Source: Basidiobolus meristosporus CBS 931.73 (lineage: Eukaryota > Fungi > Basidiobolomycota). Taken from it: a stretch of 64,000 nt of DNA. Positions 60,837-64,000 of this stretch are shown piece after piece. Below the pieces are notes generated by a model. It was not told where the DNA came from and did no database searches. It saw nothing but the letters and a program-made list of their open reading frames with translations. The stretch's first letter is position 1; every line of letters begins with the position of its first letter. The stretch spans positions 171,240 to 235,239 of the forward strand of contig MCFE01000022.1 of NCBI GenBank assembly GCA_002104905.1, read 5' to 3'. Both the position numbers and the translations under genes were made by a program.

Positions 60837-63774
60837 TTATTTCAGTTGAAACAAAGAAGCCTGCGCTACTGTTGTAGCTTTGATACAAGAGTGTGTAGCT
60901 GAGGGGAATTTGTAGGTAAGTTAATAAGAAGTGATGATAGTTCTTCAGTGCTCAAGACACTGTTCAGTGGGAAGGGGGGTAGCAAGAGAGGTAAGAATGA
61001 CTTGTGAACAACATTAATGAGGGGAATGTGATAAGGATTGATATTCATCATAAAGGGAGTGTGCTGCTGCAGATATTGCTGCCAAAGGTCTGTCAAGTAC
61101 TTCAGGTAGGCCAGCTTGGGTTTATCTGACTGCAGAATATAGTGAGCAAACTTCTTGACTTCAGGATCTCCAAGTATAGTTCTCCAGCAGGAGTCAGGTG
61201 TTGTGTGGTGTGTTCTCTTCCAGGCCTTAATCAGTGGGTTGTTGCAGTTGTGAAGTCTGAGGTATAATCTGGTTCTAAGGTAGAGAAGTCTGATCTTATA
61301 GGGCATAAACCCAAAAGCACCAAGAATAGCATGTCTGTAGGGGCATTCAGGCAAATGAGGCACCAAGGAGGTAATGCACCATACTGCAAACTTGTCAAGC
61401 TTAGTGCAGTCTCTAGAAGTAAGAGAGAGAAGTGGTAAGCCAAATTCCAGGACAGGGAAGACAAACTGCTTGAGTAGAAGGAGGCAGCTGGGAGCTGAAG
61501 TTGTAGGAGGAGTAACAGCCAGTAGCTTGTGGAGTGCCTGTCTTGCCAGGATAATTCTCTTCTTCAGGTGTGCTCCAGAGTCTAGTCCAGTAGGAAGGAA
61601 AGGAAAGCCAAGATATGTAGCAGAAACCTGAGCAGGTAGAGTGGAGTTCTCCAAGTTGATGGGAGAGCCCAAAGGTACTGTCTTTGCAATGGAAAGCTGG
61701 AGATTGTTCTTCTGCAGTTACTGGTGGATGGTCTGGGAGTCTTGTTGCACATTGGAGGAGGATATTCTGATGTCATCAGCAAAGAGAGTAACCAGGCAGT
61801 CAGCTGAGAGTCTTGGGAAATCATTCAGGAAGATGGCAAACAGTATAGGACCAAGCACAGAGCCTTGAACCACTCCATTAGGAACTGAGAACACAGCTGA
61901 TTGCTCACTTGGATGCAGAATTCTTGCTTGTGGATCCAGAAACAGAGACCTGACAAGGAGGGTGAGAGAGGTACTGGAGAAGCATTGCAACTTGGACCAA
62001 AGCAGATTTCTGTCAACTGAATCAAAGGCCTTAGTAATATCAAACAGAACAGAGGGATACTTGCACTGGAGAGAGTGATCTTGGCTAAGTATGACTGCAT
62101 ATTCCAAGGAGAGGCCAGGAACAAAGCCAAACTGTGCAGGATGAAACTTGAGGGAGTCAGAGTAGAGCTCCTGAGCAAGCAGAAGCTCAAACACCTTTCT
62201 GCAGGTGGGTAGCAGAGATATTGGCCTGTAGGAGCTAGGATCCAGGTGCTTTCCTTTACCCTTGTACAGTGGCAGAACATTTGCAAAGGACCATTCCTCA
62301 GGAGTAGAAAGCTGGGCTGAGCATTGCTGAAACAGTGGAAGCAGAAGTGCAGACATGGCCTTGGTACTAGTCTTCAGAAGCTCATAGGAGATTGTGTCCA
62401 CACCTGGAGCAGTAGAGTTGGGAAGCCTCTTGAGCACATTATGGATTCTCCTTTGATCAAGTGCAAGTGGGATGGGCAGAGTCTTGAAGTCAGGATGAAA
62501 GCCAGGAGTTGAGTGCTGCTTTGTAGAGAAGAAGATGTTAGCCAGCTGTTCTGTTGAAGGTAACTTCCTGGAAGAGGGCCACATTGCCCTGTAGAGTCTT
62601 GATACTGTTCTTGTTATAGAGTTGGAAGATTGCAGAGGCAAGGAACTCATAATATGATCCCAGAGCTGAGTATGCAGAGTGTGGTGAATTGCCTTGGAGT
62701 GGTGTATTGCTGTCAGGAGGAGTTTCTCTGTTTTTGGGTTAGGGAAGCTCAGGTAGCTTTGTTGCAGGGCTGAAACAATGGATTCCCATTTTCTTGAGGT
62801 AACAGCAGTAGTCTTGCATGGCAGTGAGAGGGAGTCAGACACCAGAATCAGATGCTTCACAAAGAGCCAGGCAAAGTTGAGACCATCTGGCAGAGAAAGT
62901 AGCAAACTGGCAAGCTTCAAGTAGTTCCCAAAGTCTTTCTTCTGATTCTTGGTAGCTTTGTGGGTGAGCACAGTAAGTTTTGGCAGCTTCTTCTTCACAG
63001 CTGGTTGCATAGAAAGGGACCAGGCTGGGTGGTCAGAGGCTCTCAAGGATCCTAGCTCAGCTCCAGAGAATTGCTTAACTTCATTCACAAAGTAGAGGGC
63101 AGCAGCAGAAGGGCAGATCCAGTCAACACATCTTTTCTCAGATTGAGCACCTAGTGCTAGCAGGTGGCTTTCTCTCAGGAAGTTCAGTAGGAATGTAGAC
63201 CTTGGCTTCATTCTTGCAGTCAGAGTAGTCTTGTTCTCAGGATGGGGAATGTTGAGATCTCCAAGCAAGATAACAGGTGTTGATATAGATTGTTGGTATT
63301 GCTGAACCTTCTGGCATATAACTTGCACTTCCTGAAGGGCTAGACTTGGAGGCAGATAGCAGAGCACCAGACTGATAGTTGGCAACTGGAGAGCAGCACA
63401 GTAAGGGGAGTAAAGAGGAACACAGAGCTGAGGAGTATTGATGGTAGAAGAGATGAAGCAGATAGAGGAGGTATTCTTTGTTCTAGGAGTAGAAAAGCAA
63501 TATAGATTAGTCAAAAGTATAGAGGGTAGCTGGACATCAATCAAACACAGGAGGGAAAATCTTGAAAGAAGTCTCTCTAGAGTTGGTCTTGATGGCTGTA
63601 TGCTGTTGCAGTTAAGCAACAGAACTTCAGGTAGTCAGGCAGAGGTTGTAGCTTCTTCAGAGGCAGCATTAACAATGTGACCTGCAGAGTCCCAGAGCTC
63701 TTCAAATGGTGCATCACTTAAGTCAGCAAGGAGGGAAATGGCATGGTTCTTGAGGAAGTATGCCACATCATAGG
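60812..63774 (-). mobile_element. Non-LTR retrotransposon copy B (APE endonuclease plus RT), 5' end joined directly to the telomere
   Basis: APE motifs LLNCNS, CYLPP, ILLGDLN, VDWI and SDH, followed by the full RT motif set. One TAA at 61718-61720 (TAT in copy A) splits an otherwise ~920-codon ORF2 (60866-63634). Confidence 0.95.
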
Positions 63775-64000
63775 AGGGTTAGGGTTAGGGTTAGGGTTAG
63801 GGTTAGGGTTAGGGTTAGGGTTAGGGTTAGGGTTAGGGTTAGGGTTAGGGTTAGGGTTAGGGTTAGGGTTAGGGTTAGGGTTAGGGTTAGGGTTAGGGTT
63901 AGGGTTAGGGTTAGGGTTAGGGTTAGGGTTAGGGTTAGGGTTAGGGTTAGGGTTAGGGTTAGGGTTAGGGTTAGGGTTAGGGTTAGGTTAGGGTTAGGGT
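63775..64000 (+). repeat. Telomere (TTAGGG)n, about 37 units, chromosome end
   Basis: Perfect TTAGGG array to the window end with one TTAGG variant; the G-rich strand runs toward the end. Confidence 0.99.

Noticed and set aside
59265-62512. Pairs of identical small ORFs (e.g. MSSLSWNLAY..., MHHTANLSS..., MLKQWKQK...)
   Set aside because: Alternative frames of the duplicated retroelement.
58846-63774. Interpretation as telomerase (TERT) or a Penelope-like element
   Set aside because: The RT motifs (YRPISLL, QFGF, KAFDSV, QGSVLGP, FADD) and the N-terminal APE domain are of LINE type; there is no TERT T/CP motif or GIY-YIG domain.
63743-63991. ATG-initiated ORF running into a (Gly-Leu)n repeat
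   Set aside because: It is simply the translation of TTAGGG. The ATG lies antisense within the retroelement 5' remnant and its position depends on a chance truncation point. No evidence of expression, although TERRA-derived GL peptides have been reported in mammals.

Overview
Right-hand end of a fungal chromosome: short GT-AG introns, fungal gene set, and a terminal (TTAGGG)~37 array at 63775-64000. An early-diverging lineage such as Basidiobolus is my inference only. Positions 1-46.2 kb are gene-dense: C2H2 transcription factor, two secreted Gly-rich paralogues, M20 peptidase, an inverted pair of plasma-membrane H+-ATPases, USE1, a bacterial-type GH46 chitosanase, GUS1, a GPCR, RAP1, ARF6, a Cys2-type acyltransferase, a purine PRTase, MCU, an aquaglyceroporin followed by three secreted SRPBCC paralogues, CIA2, a kinase and a membrane protein. 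Positions 46-58.8 kb are a subtelomere with CpG-depleted repeats, pseudogene relics and one intact lipase. The most striking system is at 58.8-64 kb: a head-to-tail array of two near-identical non-LTR retrotransposons (APE endonuclease plus RT), 5' ends facing the chromosome tip. They have no poly(A) tail and instead end in a stem-loop, a C-run and CCCTAA repeats. Telomeric repeats lie at every junction, there is about 1 CpG in 4.9 kb despite long ORFs, and ORF2 has no AUG and follows an in-frame UGA-CUA. Identities, alignments and dinucleotide counts were done by eye; no database searches were run.
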